Origin: Lingula anatina
Lineage: Eukaryota; Animalia; Brachiopoda
Direction: 5' to 3'
Assembly: GCA_051362555.1 (NCBI GenBank)
Contig: CM120645.1
Span: 14,756,001 to 14,820,000, forward strand
DNA length: 64,000 nucleotides
The notes below the pieces were generated by a model, which saw nothing but the letters and a program-made list of their open reading frames with translations, did no database searches and was not told the origin of the DNA. The position numbers and the translations under genes were made by a program. Positions 13,201-23,536 of this stretch are shown here, in pieces. Position 1 is the stretch's first letter; each line of letters starts with the position of its first letter.

Positions 13201-16200
13201 ATAGCTATTATATATAAGAATGTGCATTTGCAATTTACATTTTCGAACTTGACCTGGTAAGCGTAAATCTTAGCAAAGGCTGAGTCGCTTGCAGGTTAAT
13301 TTGTGTAGACCCCCCATTCAGGACCGGGGTTGACAAAATATAGATATGGAATCCTTCACCAACATGGCCTTCAAATGTAATTGGAATGGGGCGGTGAAAG
13401 GGGCATGTCACCCCTTACAACGATAATCGGGCTTAGTATGAATTTATTATACTCCAGATCACTATTTCCTTAGTAACAGAGCCTGGACTTTTTACAAACG
13501 ATGTTAATTAGTTTTTATATCTAACGGAGTGTGATGTTTTTTATCTCTGTCTCCCTCGGTCTTACCCCTAACAATACACGGTACTTTGTTACCAGTGACG
13601 GTTGAATTAGGCAGGTGAGCTACAATTTGCCCTTACCTTGCATGGAGGGGGTAATGTCCATTCATGGACATAATAAGAGACTCCTATTTAGGTCCAAGGT
13701 CCATTGCACTACATTTAATTACCCTTTCGCTAATAAAAGTGTGGAGAGTTGCATTTAAAGGAGGATTATCAGAAGAGTTTAAAAAATGAATTTAGATTCT
13801 GAAAAGTCCACTTCTAAAAAGGCCGAAAGTGTCATCCGATGCGTTCATGTCGTGCTTAAATTGTGCACGTATCAAGGTTGAAAATACCACATCATTCATA
13901 AGCTTATTCAATTATTTTTAAAATTAATAAACACTTGGAGATTAATTATCTATTCATATAATGACCAAACCACTATGTGCAAGATATACACAAGCGCTAA
14001 GAGGACAATACACTAACACTGTTAGATTGCTCATTGCCACACATTCTGCATTAAGCCACGGCTTATTTACTCTGTCTGATATATTACTATCAAAATAATA
14101 AATCAATAAATGTTAACTGAAAGCAATGTTCAATTGGTAAATATGTGTATTGATTGTATTTTTAAACCTTCGCAAATGCAAATCCAATCATGGATAGGTG
14201 GCCTTTCTTAAGCTATCGCGATAGCTATTATATATAAGAATGTGCAGGTACAATCTACATTTTCGAACTTGACCTGGTAAGCGTAAATCTTAGCAACGGC
14301 TGAGTCGCTTGCAGGTTAATTTATGTAGACCCCCATTCAGGACCGGGGTTGACAAAATTTAAAATATAAGATCCTTCACCAACATGGCCTTTAAATGTAA
14401 TTGGAATGGGGCGGTGAAAGGGGCATGTCACCTCTTACAACATTAATCGTGCTTAGTAAGAATTTCTTGTACTGTGGATCACTATTTCCGTAGTAACAGA
14501 GCCTGTGGTTAGTAATACTAATTATAATAATTAATTGAGCAACGTGTGCAGTTACCTTTTTACAAGTTGTAAATTGAATTTTACATAAATTTTAATAAGC
14601 TTAAATAAGTATAACTACTTTAGATCATTATAATACCAAAATACATATTATGTAACTACTTCAGACATATAGCTCACAACAGTAAGACACAATCTTATAA
14701 TATTGGACATAACTTACTGTCTAAACCTGGCCACTGCTGATGCACTTGCACGACACTGTGCTTTTCGTCTGTAATTACAGAGCAAAAAATCCTCGTCTTT
14801 TTTATTTTCTGTAGTTGACCTGATAAGGTCCAAATGACCCGTAAGTAATTTATTGGGGAGGGGAAGGGAAGGGAGGGGGGCAGCTAGGTAACAAAATCCA
14901 GGGTCCGCCTGGTACTAACATCATAGATTGGAAAAAATGTGCATTTTCTTTATTTCCCCTTTCTTTTGCCAGGATCCTACCCCCAGTGAAGCCATTCCAT
15001 TGCAGCATCAGATATCCCTGGCCCTCATTTCATATATTGGATGTGGGCTTTCTCTCTGCGGCCTGGTGCTAACTATTCTGACTTACGGACTGTTTAGGTA
15101 TTTATGCATTACATTATTTTCTGAAGTGTATTTTTATTAAATGTTGATGAACATATGTATTGTCTCTTTAATAACGCGCTGTTTACATCATAAAGTAATC
15201 ATCACACCCATCCGTGCTTTTTTGCAAGTACCTGAACCAGAGCTGCAAAAGAGGGTACAATGTAATGAAATAGTGATGACACAGATCCTATGTGCGTGCA
15301 AGCTGTATAATTGCTGCTGTTCAAAATTTGGTACAATTTGTATCTAAGAGTGATTCTAAATTCACGTCTAATGTACGTTGTTATCAAAATAGGTGTCTCC
15401 ATGGCGACAACTCGGGCAAAATCCTGATCAATTTATGCGCCTCCATGCTGCTGATGAATATAACTTTCGTGGCGGGCACTGCTAGATCAGTGTCAGGTAA
15501 GGGGATTTATTTTTGTGAATTTCAATGAAATAATGACATTTCCCTGATGCATAGGTAGCACTTTTTTGTTAGGCAGGTGAAAGATATAATGAAAAGACAG
15601 GGTGTGTTAAGTTGGCCACTGGGCGCTGTTTTAAAGTTGGACGATAATTCATTTTATCCGTCCGAGTTTGTAAGAATCTGAATTTGAAGAAACCGTGTGA
15701 GGCCTTTTTATTATTGTATTTGTAACTTCAGATGCCGAGGTCGTCTGCACAGTTGTTGCAGTGCTACTGCACTATTTCACCCTGACGACCCTGATGTGGA
15801 TGTTAGTGGAAGCAGTGCACATGTACCGGCTTCTGGTGAAGATATTTAGGACTTACGAGCCTCGATTTATGCTAAAGAGACTCCTGATCGCGTGGGGAAT
15901 CCCCCTGATAATTGTCGGAGTAACAGTCGGGATTAACGTGGACAACTATGGCGGAAGGGATGATCTGTGAGAAACCAATATTTATTTCAGTGTTTTCTTT
16001 ATAATTGATGTTGATCCTATTTTGTTTAAAATTTATCGAAGCTCCTTCTCACAATTGCAAAAGCAAAATATGGATTTTTAGTAATCTCGAATGTCTGTTT
16101 GGCTCTCTGTCTCTTATAAAGCACCACAGTACGTTTTAATGGTTATAATATTTTTGAAAGGAAAATGATTTATCAAGATGTATTTTATTTCTTTATTTTC

Positions 16201-16900
16201 TTTTTATAGGTGTCGACTAACCAGCGCCAACCCTTACGTCTACTATATAAGCTTTTTGGGACCCTCGTGTTTGATACTTATCTTCAACTCCGTCGTGTTT
16301 GTATTGGTGTCAAGGGTCATTCTGCGACCTCGGGTCAAAGGTCTTCAAGGAAAAAGGAGTCAAGAGCAGCCGAAGGTGTCCGCTGCGCAGGTCCGCGGCG
16401 CAATTTCCGTTATGGTGCTGCTGGGCATCACCTGGGTGTTCGGTGCATTCGCTGCAGGGGAAGCAAAAGTCGTCTTCGCTTACATCTTCTGCGTTGCGAA
16501 CTCTCTCCAGGGATTCTTAATTTTTCTGTTCAGATGCTTGCTACACCCTGAGGCTCGAAGCGCCTGGGTCCAGCTGGTGACCACGGGAACTTTCAAAAAG
16601 ACGCGATCTCGCGCTTCCTCGCGAGCAAGTTCGGGAGAGCACACTAACTCCCACAATAGTAATCATGACAACAGGAGGACCTTTAAAGAAACTTTTACAA
16701 CAAATAAAATTGTAAAAAACACCAACGTGTGGCACAAGGCCAGAAGGTTTTCCAGCGATTCGGACGAAAAAAATCTAAAACCTCTGAAATACCACGACAT
16801 TAATCTATCATATACATTTGAGGATAAATTCGACAATCCTTTGTTTAAAGCATTAAACAATAGTCCGTCTATGGCTGGTCCAGATGACACGAAACTTTGA
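637..16900 (+). CDS. Adhesion GPCR (cadherin-FN3-EGFx~39-HRM-GAIN/GPS-7TM), 5'-incomplete; 17 exons: 637-1263,1497-1790,2122-2715,3175-7131,7906-8142,8649-8783,9299-9492,9794-9934,10412-10506,10814-10991,11443-11691,11986-12025,12427-12524,14973-15097,15393-15496,15732-15966,16210-16900
   Basis: All exons have AG/GT boundaries and the phases join in frame. Cadherin motifs ([19 protein letters not shown]), FN3 (W..P....GY.V.Y), EGF repeats, HRM (C...FVWPKS...C..G.....RRC......W.....EQC), GPS (CAFW...WSTDG...HLTNFAILL), secretin-like 7TM ([42 protein letters not shown]), C-terminus DDTKL. The donor at 10991 is weak, so a small exon may be missing there. Confidence 0.92.
3175..7131 (+). CDS. 3957-nt single exon encoding about 31 tandem EGF-like repeats with many N-x-S/T sequons
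   Basis: ORF 3048-7169; recurrent C..NPC.N.G.C......Y.C.C..G..G..CE pattern, counted by hand; phase 1-1 boundaries. Confidence 0.95.
11986..12524 (+). CDS. GPS motif split over two exons (11986-12025, 12427-12524), autoproteolysis site HL|T and Stachel TNFAILL
   Basis: [46 protein letters not shown]. Confidence 0.9.
12740..12800 (+). pseudogene. Decayed copy of the Sm-site small RNA family (no Sm site or 3' hairpin)
   Basis: gtaagcgtgaaacttgttatagaccgagttacttac resembles the family hairpin; a ggccctc element lies 73 bp upstream of GTAAGC (77-78 bp in intact copies A and H). Confidence 0.45.
13144..13218 (+). promoter_or_regulatory. Putative snRNA-type promoter of copy A (octamer-like GCAAATGCAAA, GGCCYT element, TATA-like); equivalent modules precede copies B-I
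   Basis: The GCAA(A/T)T motif starts at 13152, 14172, 18435, 19083, 20031, 21304, 22242, 23051 and 24180, always 100-107 bp before the donor-like site. Confidence 0.65.
13234..13331 (+). ncRNA. Sm-site small RNA candidate, copy A (in GPCR intron)
   Basis: attttcgaacttgacctg|GTAAGC at 13257; hairpin ACCTG.TAAGCG/CGCTTGCAGGT with inner CTTAGC/GCTGAG; Sm-like AATTTGTGTAG 13298-13308; 3' hairpin ACCCC/GGGGT. Confidence 0.72.
14254..14350 (+). ncRNA. Sm-site small RNA candidate, copy B (in GPCR intron)
   Basis: Near-identical to copy A at offset 1020; donor-like GTAAGC at 14277; AATTTATGTAG 14318-14328. Confidence 0.72.
14973..16900 (+). CDS. 7TM (family B2/adhesion) domain and cytoplasmic tail, 4 exons
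   Basis: Seven hydrophobic segments with adhesion-GPCR signature motifs; stop TGA ends at 16900. Confidence 0.93.
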
Positions 16901-18514
16901 ATTCCTGTGTTTTTCGACAGAATTTCTACCCAAAGACAATTATTAGTTAATATACCTGGGCATCAGTATACCGGTACCGTTTGACAGTTGGAAGCAGTTT
17001 TATGTCAGAGGCGAAAGTCACATAAGAAATATAAGGACATAACACGGGCGGTTAGGTTTTTAGGAATTTATAGTTATCTGAATAAACGTGTTAGTTCACA
17101 CCAACATGTAAGATATGTATTCTGAATCTCAAGTGAAGCAATATCATAGCAACTTTGTATATACATGTACTTCTCGTAAATGCCAAAATGTTAAGTAACT
17201 ACTATTAATTACTATTTATTATTGTTGGTGCCATCATTACTTTTTAATGCGAAGTGATCAATACATATGTATATGTTGATTAAACTGTCGTCTTAGTGCT
17301 AGTTACGATGTATCATTACACAGGAAAAAAAGACGTTCAAGAAATCCAGTTGAGCATTTTTCTAATCCAAATACACTACTCAGTATATTTGTACATACAC
17401 TGTATGATATGTTGGGTATCTATATTGACTTAATTAACGTACTGGGCACGTGTGCTGCGTAATAAGGTGCATTTAAATGATTTTTTGAACAAGACACTCT
17501 CTACCAGTCGTGAGGTCGTGTAGCAGTTACAAATTGTACAGATTTCTATACAATTTTGTAACAGGTAGAAAACCTCTGTTAGAGAGTCAGTAGTCACTCA
17601 GTCAGAGACCTCCGACAAGGCTGTGCTTGGAAATAACCTTGAATAATAATGCGATTACATGAGATAAGTTTTCAACACGGGGTAGCAGGCACCAATCTGA
17701 TAGCACACTGTACAAATAAAGCCCACCGTCTATCCCAGAGCAATCGAGCAAGGGCAAATAATACATAAATGGATGAAATTGTAAGCCAATAGATCAAAAG
17801 CAAATCCAAAACGACCCAATCAAACAGAAAGAATGTTTATTTTCTATAAGCAATGTTTCAGAATTTGTTAAGAGGCATAGACTGTATTTATATTTTTAAT
17901 TTAAGAATTTGAATAAACGTTTAAAACTGAGCCGAAATGTTTTTCTGTGTTGTTTGAAAGAGGGGGGAGTGTATTTGGGTATGTCTCACGCTTCTTCTAA
18001 TACTAATACCACTGTGGAGCTGTATAATAATCAATCAGTGTACTTCACCAGAAGATAGCTTCGGCTTGAAACTCAAAGGAGCGATTATTGTAATAAAGAT
18101 CTGTAAAGGAATGTGATATTTTTGTCTCCGTCTTCCTTGTTTGGTACAGTTTAGGGGAAATGACCATACTCTTATTTAATTTATACTCTTTGCTAATGAC
18201 TTTTTAAAGAGCTGGGGAAAAAACCAAAGTAAATGATCCTTTCCTGAGAAAGGAACAGAATGTGTTTGCGCATGCGTCAAATTACAATTCATAGTAATTC
18301 ATATTTGCAAATATTTCTGTAAAAATTGTGATTATGACATTTTTTTAAAATATCATAATAATTTATTAATATATTGCAATTGTAATTATATGTATTGGCT
18401 AAGAATTCTTTTTTAAGTATATTTGAATTGCTATGCAAATATATATCTAAGCACGAAGTAAAAGCCCTTCATAACATAACGCAGATTATACATATAAGCT
18501 AACCAAGTACTACA

Positions 18515-18599
18515 AACTCTCTTAATGCATGTTCCTGGCACGGACCCGCCTAACCGTGCACAAAAGATTATTTTGTGGGTCTCTATTAACCCCAGGGAC
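18515..18599 (+). ncRNA. Divergent Sm-site small RNA candidate, copy C
   Basis: Same upstream motifs (ATGCAAAT 18433, gcccttc, TATA-like) and spacing; cctg|GCACGG/CCGTGC hairpin 18538-18559; ATTTTGTGG 18570-18578; 3' hairpin GTCTCT/AGGGAC. Confidence 0.55.
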
Positions 18600-19164
18600 T
18601 GACATTGACGCATATTGACACCATAATATAACTGGAGTAGTAAACGTTGTTAAGCCGCACAACTATTCCCAAAGCAAATGGGTCTCATTGTATAGGCGTT
18701 TGTCACCTTTGTACGCCATTTATACGACCGAATCTTGTATAACTGCGAGCGACGTTACTGCGTCCACTGTTCCCTCTAACAGGGCCACACACATTGATAT
18801 TTCACTAGATATTAACAGATGTGTCCCTGGTTTAATAGATAGCTAGTCTCTGGCTCTGGCTAAATGGCTCGCCTTAGCAAAAATGTTCACAATAATAACT
18901 GCGGCCGTGGTAGAGGGCATGTCCCCTGTGCAACCCTACTATATCATTTATATGTTTATTCAATCACTTCTAAAGTTATTAAAATTAGCTCAGTTAAATA
19001 TCAAAATTATAAGTTAAAATTTAGAAAAAGTAAATTGCACAAACTGATTAGAAATTATGTTTCAGTATATTTTCATAGCTTTGCAAATGCAAATTTAATC
19101 ATCGATAGGATAATAATGATAATAAGATATCAATGTTGGTAAAAGTATCAAGATGCCTATATGT

Positions 19165-19255
19165 CGGTGCTGTTATTCAAACGTAAGCGTAAATCTTGGC
19201 AATAGGCCGAGTGGCTTACGGTAATTTATGGGCGGCCCCGGTGGTCAATGGGGCC
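19165..19255 (+). ncRNA. Sm-site small RNA candidate, copy D
   Basis: CGTAAGC/GCTTACG outer stem, CTTGGC/GCCGAG inner stem, AATTTATGG 19223-19231, GGCCCC/GGGGCC 3' hairpin. Confidence 0.72.
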
Positions 19256-20114
19256 ACAGTTAAAGTAAATAAAAAGCAAGATATACATAAGATGTCAGCT
19301 GCAACCAATGAGATATTTTAATTTATGGCACTTTACGAAGAGTCAATGTGTAAAAGAGGTTTTGGGTTACAGCTCGTGGGGCAAAAGTGTGGTTAAAAGT
19401 GAATGGTCGTTTAAAACTGGTCTGATAACGATTTAAAAACAATTGAGGAAGTTTTAATAAATATCTATAACGGAATGTGATCTATTCATCATAAACATGC
19501 ATGGTTAAACATAATATCTGGCACTGGCTAGATGGCTTGCCTCAGCAAAAATGTCCACAATAATGACTGCTGACCTGGTAGAGGGCACGTCCACTGTGCG
19601 TTCCCTGTGCAACCCTCAGCACAAATTGCGACGTTCGAGCTCGTAACCGTAAACTAATGATTCGTCGGTTGGGTTTCCATTGCTTTGCTCGGAAGGAGAA
19701 GTGTCCATATACTTCATATATTAAAACTTTCTAGTAAAGACAGTGTAAGGAGTTAGGGTACAAGGGGGGGATTGCAAAAGAAGTTCAAGAAGAAATGAAT
19801 GAAAATGAAATCAACTTTTGGGAAAGACAGGAAATTCCAGTTTAGGCAGTCTTATAAGATAACTAAAATATGCTTTACGCATATTGGCCATGATAAGACA
19901 TTGAACCTTTTGCATTTTATTTATTTTTTGAAAGCATTTTGGTCAATATCAAATTCATATGTCAATATAAAATAACAAGAAGCTTTGCTTATATTGTCTG
20001 CAATGCATTAACTGCAATTTTTGAAGCTTTGCAATTGTTAATATAATCATTTAACGTACGGCCCTCGACAAAGTATCGCGGCTGCTATAATTTGAACAAC
20101 GTCAGCTGTTTGGA

Positions 20115-20209
20115 CAGATTTGCCAATATATAGACTGGCGAGTGTAAACCTTAGCATAGGCTAAGTGGCTTGCTAGAGAATTTATGGCAGCCTCTTTCTC
20201 TGCAGGGGC
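20115..20209 (+). ncRNA. Sm-site small RNA candidate, copy E
   Basis: CTGGCGAGT/GCTTGCTAG outer stem, CTTAGC/GCTAAG inner stem, AATTTATGG 20179-20187, GCCTCT/AGGGGC 3' hairpin. Confidence 0.7.
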
Positions 20210-21386
20210 ATGCAAGTTACTTAAAAAGGAATGCGTAAATTTTCATGTTGTGCATGAGAAGGTTTGATTTGTGCGTGTCCCTGTATGACAGCGTGTTTGC
20301 GAAGTTTAGGTTACTGCATGTGAGCTAGGATATTTCGGATCCTAGATGTGAGAAATCCGTAAATTCCAATTGTAAGACAAACTAACCGTGCCCAGGGGGA
20401 GTAAAAAGTATAAAGAAAAATGCAGTGAGCAGTCTCAATACTTACACGAAGAAGTGCGTATTCATTTGAACAGTGAATCGAACACGGCCAAGTACTCAGG
20501 CATTAGGGCTATTTATATATTCAATGAGTATTTACACGTAGAATCATCGTTTTATATGACATACTGGGTAGAATCATTATTTAAAATAAATCTTGAGTTG
20601 ATAACAAATATTTCATTTATTTACACTTTTATACTTATGACAGAGTTAGGTTTTAATGAGTGATTTTTAAATACAATTTTTTTTTTTTAAAAAAAGCACG
20701 AGTGAAAAAACTGAAATGGAATTAAAATCTACCTCTGAGTAGGTAGAAAATGTTATCCTGTGTGGTTTTAATATGCTTTCAACGCATGCGCCAAAATTTG
20801 CACATGACGTCTTTTTTTTATAACAGCTACGGATTTTTGAGGAAAATAAAAAGGAGAGGATTTTTTGCTCTGTTTTATGGTTATATTTCAACTTTTGGGT
20901 CTTTGGAGTCACTTCCTATTCTGTGTTAATACAATGGGCGTTAACCCATTGTTCTAATTCACAACCTTGTTTGGGTAAACACATTTTACCAGGGATGAAT
21001 AACTCCTTCATATTTTTCAACCTAATAGGTAAAATAATTGATTCCTATTGCGTAATATGGTGTCATTTCCTTTAACCATAAAAGGTGGGGAGAAAAAGCG
21101 ATAGACCTTAGACGGGCCCAAGGAAAGTTCTCTAAATTATCGTACGGTACCGTACATGTTGTACTTTCGAGAAAGGTAAAGATACCATTCTATCAGTCTT
21201 GATAATCATCGATTTTTTAATATCTAAATTATAAAGTAATATATTTTAACTATAATCTGCATTTGTTAAGCGTATAATTACATACAAAAATTTTTAAAGC
21301 TTTGCAAATGCAAATCTATTCATTACATGAACGGCCCTTCATAAAATGGTGCGAGTGCTAAAATATACACCATGTTTCCGGAGGTT

Positions 21387-21481
21387 GAACGGTTTTCTAA
21401 TTTGAGCTGGCAAGCGTAAAACTTGGCTTAGACCAAGTGGTTTGCTAGTGAATTTATGGGAGTCCCATGCTCAACTGGGAC
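21387..21481 (+). ncRNA. Sm-site small RNA candidate, copy F
   Basis: CTGGCAAGC/GTTTGCTAG outer stem, ACTTGG/CCAAGT inner stem, AATTTATGG 21451-21459, GTCCCA/TGGGAC 3' hairpin. Confidence 0.72.
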
Positions 21482-22323
21482 AAAATAATAAAAAATCAAT
21501 TAGTTCTAACCTGTAACAGAGTTAGTTTTATGTATGCAGTATGGCATAATACTAAAACACGAGTTAAAAACTATAAAACATATTGATTTTGAAATTAATT
21601 ATATTGAAACGTCTACTTGTGTGATTGCAGAAGATGTCACCCCGTGTGCTCTACCTTTAGTTTCAACGCAAGCGCCTAAATTTAAACATGATATTTTTTT
21701 TTATTTGTAATATAAAACCCTGTGGCTATTGTGCAAGGTAGCGGAAACGTTCAAATTAGCTCACGAGGTAAGGAGCTCGGGTATCTTGCTCCATTTTTCT
21801 TTTAATGTATCGACTTTAAAAAATGTCCGGGAATTATGCCTGATCATGATGTCCTGGCTACGATAATAGCATTGGTTGGCTTTTCCCCAACGTTTTGTAC
21901 ATATTCCTATCAATATAAACAAGCGCTAAGAGGACAATGAAGCAGCACTGTTATATTGCTCAATGCCACACATTCTGCATTAAGCCACGGCTTATTTACC
22001 CTGTCGACATAGTGCCTTGTTTGCATGACCTCCGTAATTGTAATGGCGAGAAAGGTAGAAATATCATTTCGCTATAGTATTGATAGGCACTGTGCGCATG
22101 CGCCACGATGAAAGAAACTTTTTTATCTTTTATCAAATAAAGATAAACATATTTTTAATATCCGAATTATAAAATAATACATTTCAACCAAGGGCTGCGT
22201 TTGTAAAGCATACAGTTATCTGCGTGAATTTGTAAACCTTCGCAAATGCATATCTATTCATAGAATGACCACACTATATAACATAGCGCGATATCTAATA
22301 TATGAACCATTTTTCTAACACTT

Positions 22324-22418
22324 CGGCGGTTTTCCAATTTAAGCTGGCAAGCGTAAAACTTGGCCATGGCTAAGTGGTTTGCTAGTGAATTTATGGGAGC
22401 CCCATGCACAACTGGGGC
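22324..22418 (+). ncRNA. Sm-site small RNA candidate, copy G
   Basis: CTGGCAAGC/GTTTGCTAG outer stem, ACTTGGC/GCTAAGT inner stem, AATTTATGG 22388-22396, GCCCCA/TGGGGC 3' hairpin. Confidence 0.72.
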
Positions 22419-23133
22419 AGAAGATATGAATGTTAGAACAGAAATCATGACAACAAAAGCAGTCTATTCCTCAATTATGTTATGGACCATTATGAAATTC
22501 ATGTTCTTATATTAAGGAGGTGTAAACCCATGTTATTGTTTGCGATGTACTAGATTGTTTTTTCTCCAAACCCAAAGCTTGACTGCGCTATGCTAAAGTA
22601 TAACTATTGAAATAAGTCTTAAGGTGTAAGTATATACACGCACCCTGTACTCATTCAGTGAACCGAACTCAGCTATCATTAGTGCTTCTGCACTCAGGCT
22701 ATTTATAGAGTCATTCAGCTGGTATAATACGTAATAAAATAAAGCTTTAAGATACGTCTTGCGTTTTCAGCAAACATTATAATTCATTCATTTACTTTAA
22801 GGGGATAATTGAAATGACAAAAAAAAAAAAAAAAAAAAAAACGATTTACTCATGAGAAAAACAGAAAATGTCACCCCACTCTTCTTCCATTGCATTCTCC
22901 GCGATTACTATATTCTTACTGTGTTATAAATTGAACTTAAAATACATATGAAAATATTTTTTTAATTTTCAAAATGATTGGATAATAAATCTCAATGCTA
23001 CACATTGATAGTTTTGTTTCTAATTGTATTACTTATATTTTTAAAGCTTTGCAAATGAAAATATAATTACGGATAGATGGCCCTTAGGGATATCACGGGT
23101 TGTTGTATAAATAATACGATATCGTTGTCAAAC

Positions 23134-23225
23134 TGCTGATTTTCGAACTTGACCTGGTAAACGTAAATCTTAGCAAAGGCTGAGTAGTTTACAGGTTAAT
23201 TTATGGAACCCCCAGACCATCGGGG
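23134..23225 (+). ncRNA. Sm-site small RNA candidate, copy H
   Basis: tgctgattttcgaacttgacctg|GTAAAC at 23157; ACCTG.TAAAC/GTTTACAGGT stem; AATTTATGG 23198-23206; CCCC/GGGG 3' hairpin. Confidence 0.72.
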
Positions 23226-23503
23226 CTAATATGTAAAAATACCCATATCCAAGCTTTGCTCTGTTCAGATTAACGGTGCGTTAGAGTAGTATGTTAGTGA
23301 TTACTTGACCAAAACACTTACCTAATCTTGGGACACTTCCTACTGTATTTTCTTGGTTTTCAGTTTCGTTTACAGTTTATTATAACCTGGATGACGTAAT
23401 CCATGTTTTCCATACTAAAAATTGAGCGAATTCGCAGTATTCGATTTATGTTTTTACATAAAATATCGCACTGATGCTTTTCCTGATGATGTGCGTGGTT
23501 TAC

Positions 23504-23536
<33 letters not shown>

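Larger units (their letters stand above)
13057..14505. repeat. About 430-bp direct duplication (13057-13485 / 14077-14505) carrying RNA copies A and B
   Basis: Collinear near-identity at offset about 1020. Confidence 0.88.

Noticed and set aside
637-16900. Naming the GPCR CELSR/Flamingo, or the EGF exon Notch/fibropellin/Crumbs
   Set aside because: No LamG, LNR, ankyrin, CUB or avidin domains in the window, and the EGF exons splice in phase to HRM-GAIN-7TM
18850-19616. About 90-bp direct repeats flanking copy D (18850-18937, 19518-19616) as LTRs or TSDs
   Set aside because: Diverged, with no TG..CA ends or internal coding; better explained by local duplication within the cluster
20117-20135. 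Copy E 5' segment (agatttgccaatatatagac) resembling the reverse strand of the 146-bp unit (agattgccagtatatgac)
   Set aside because: Needs two gaps and a mismatch in AT-rich sequence; not distinguishable from chance by eye
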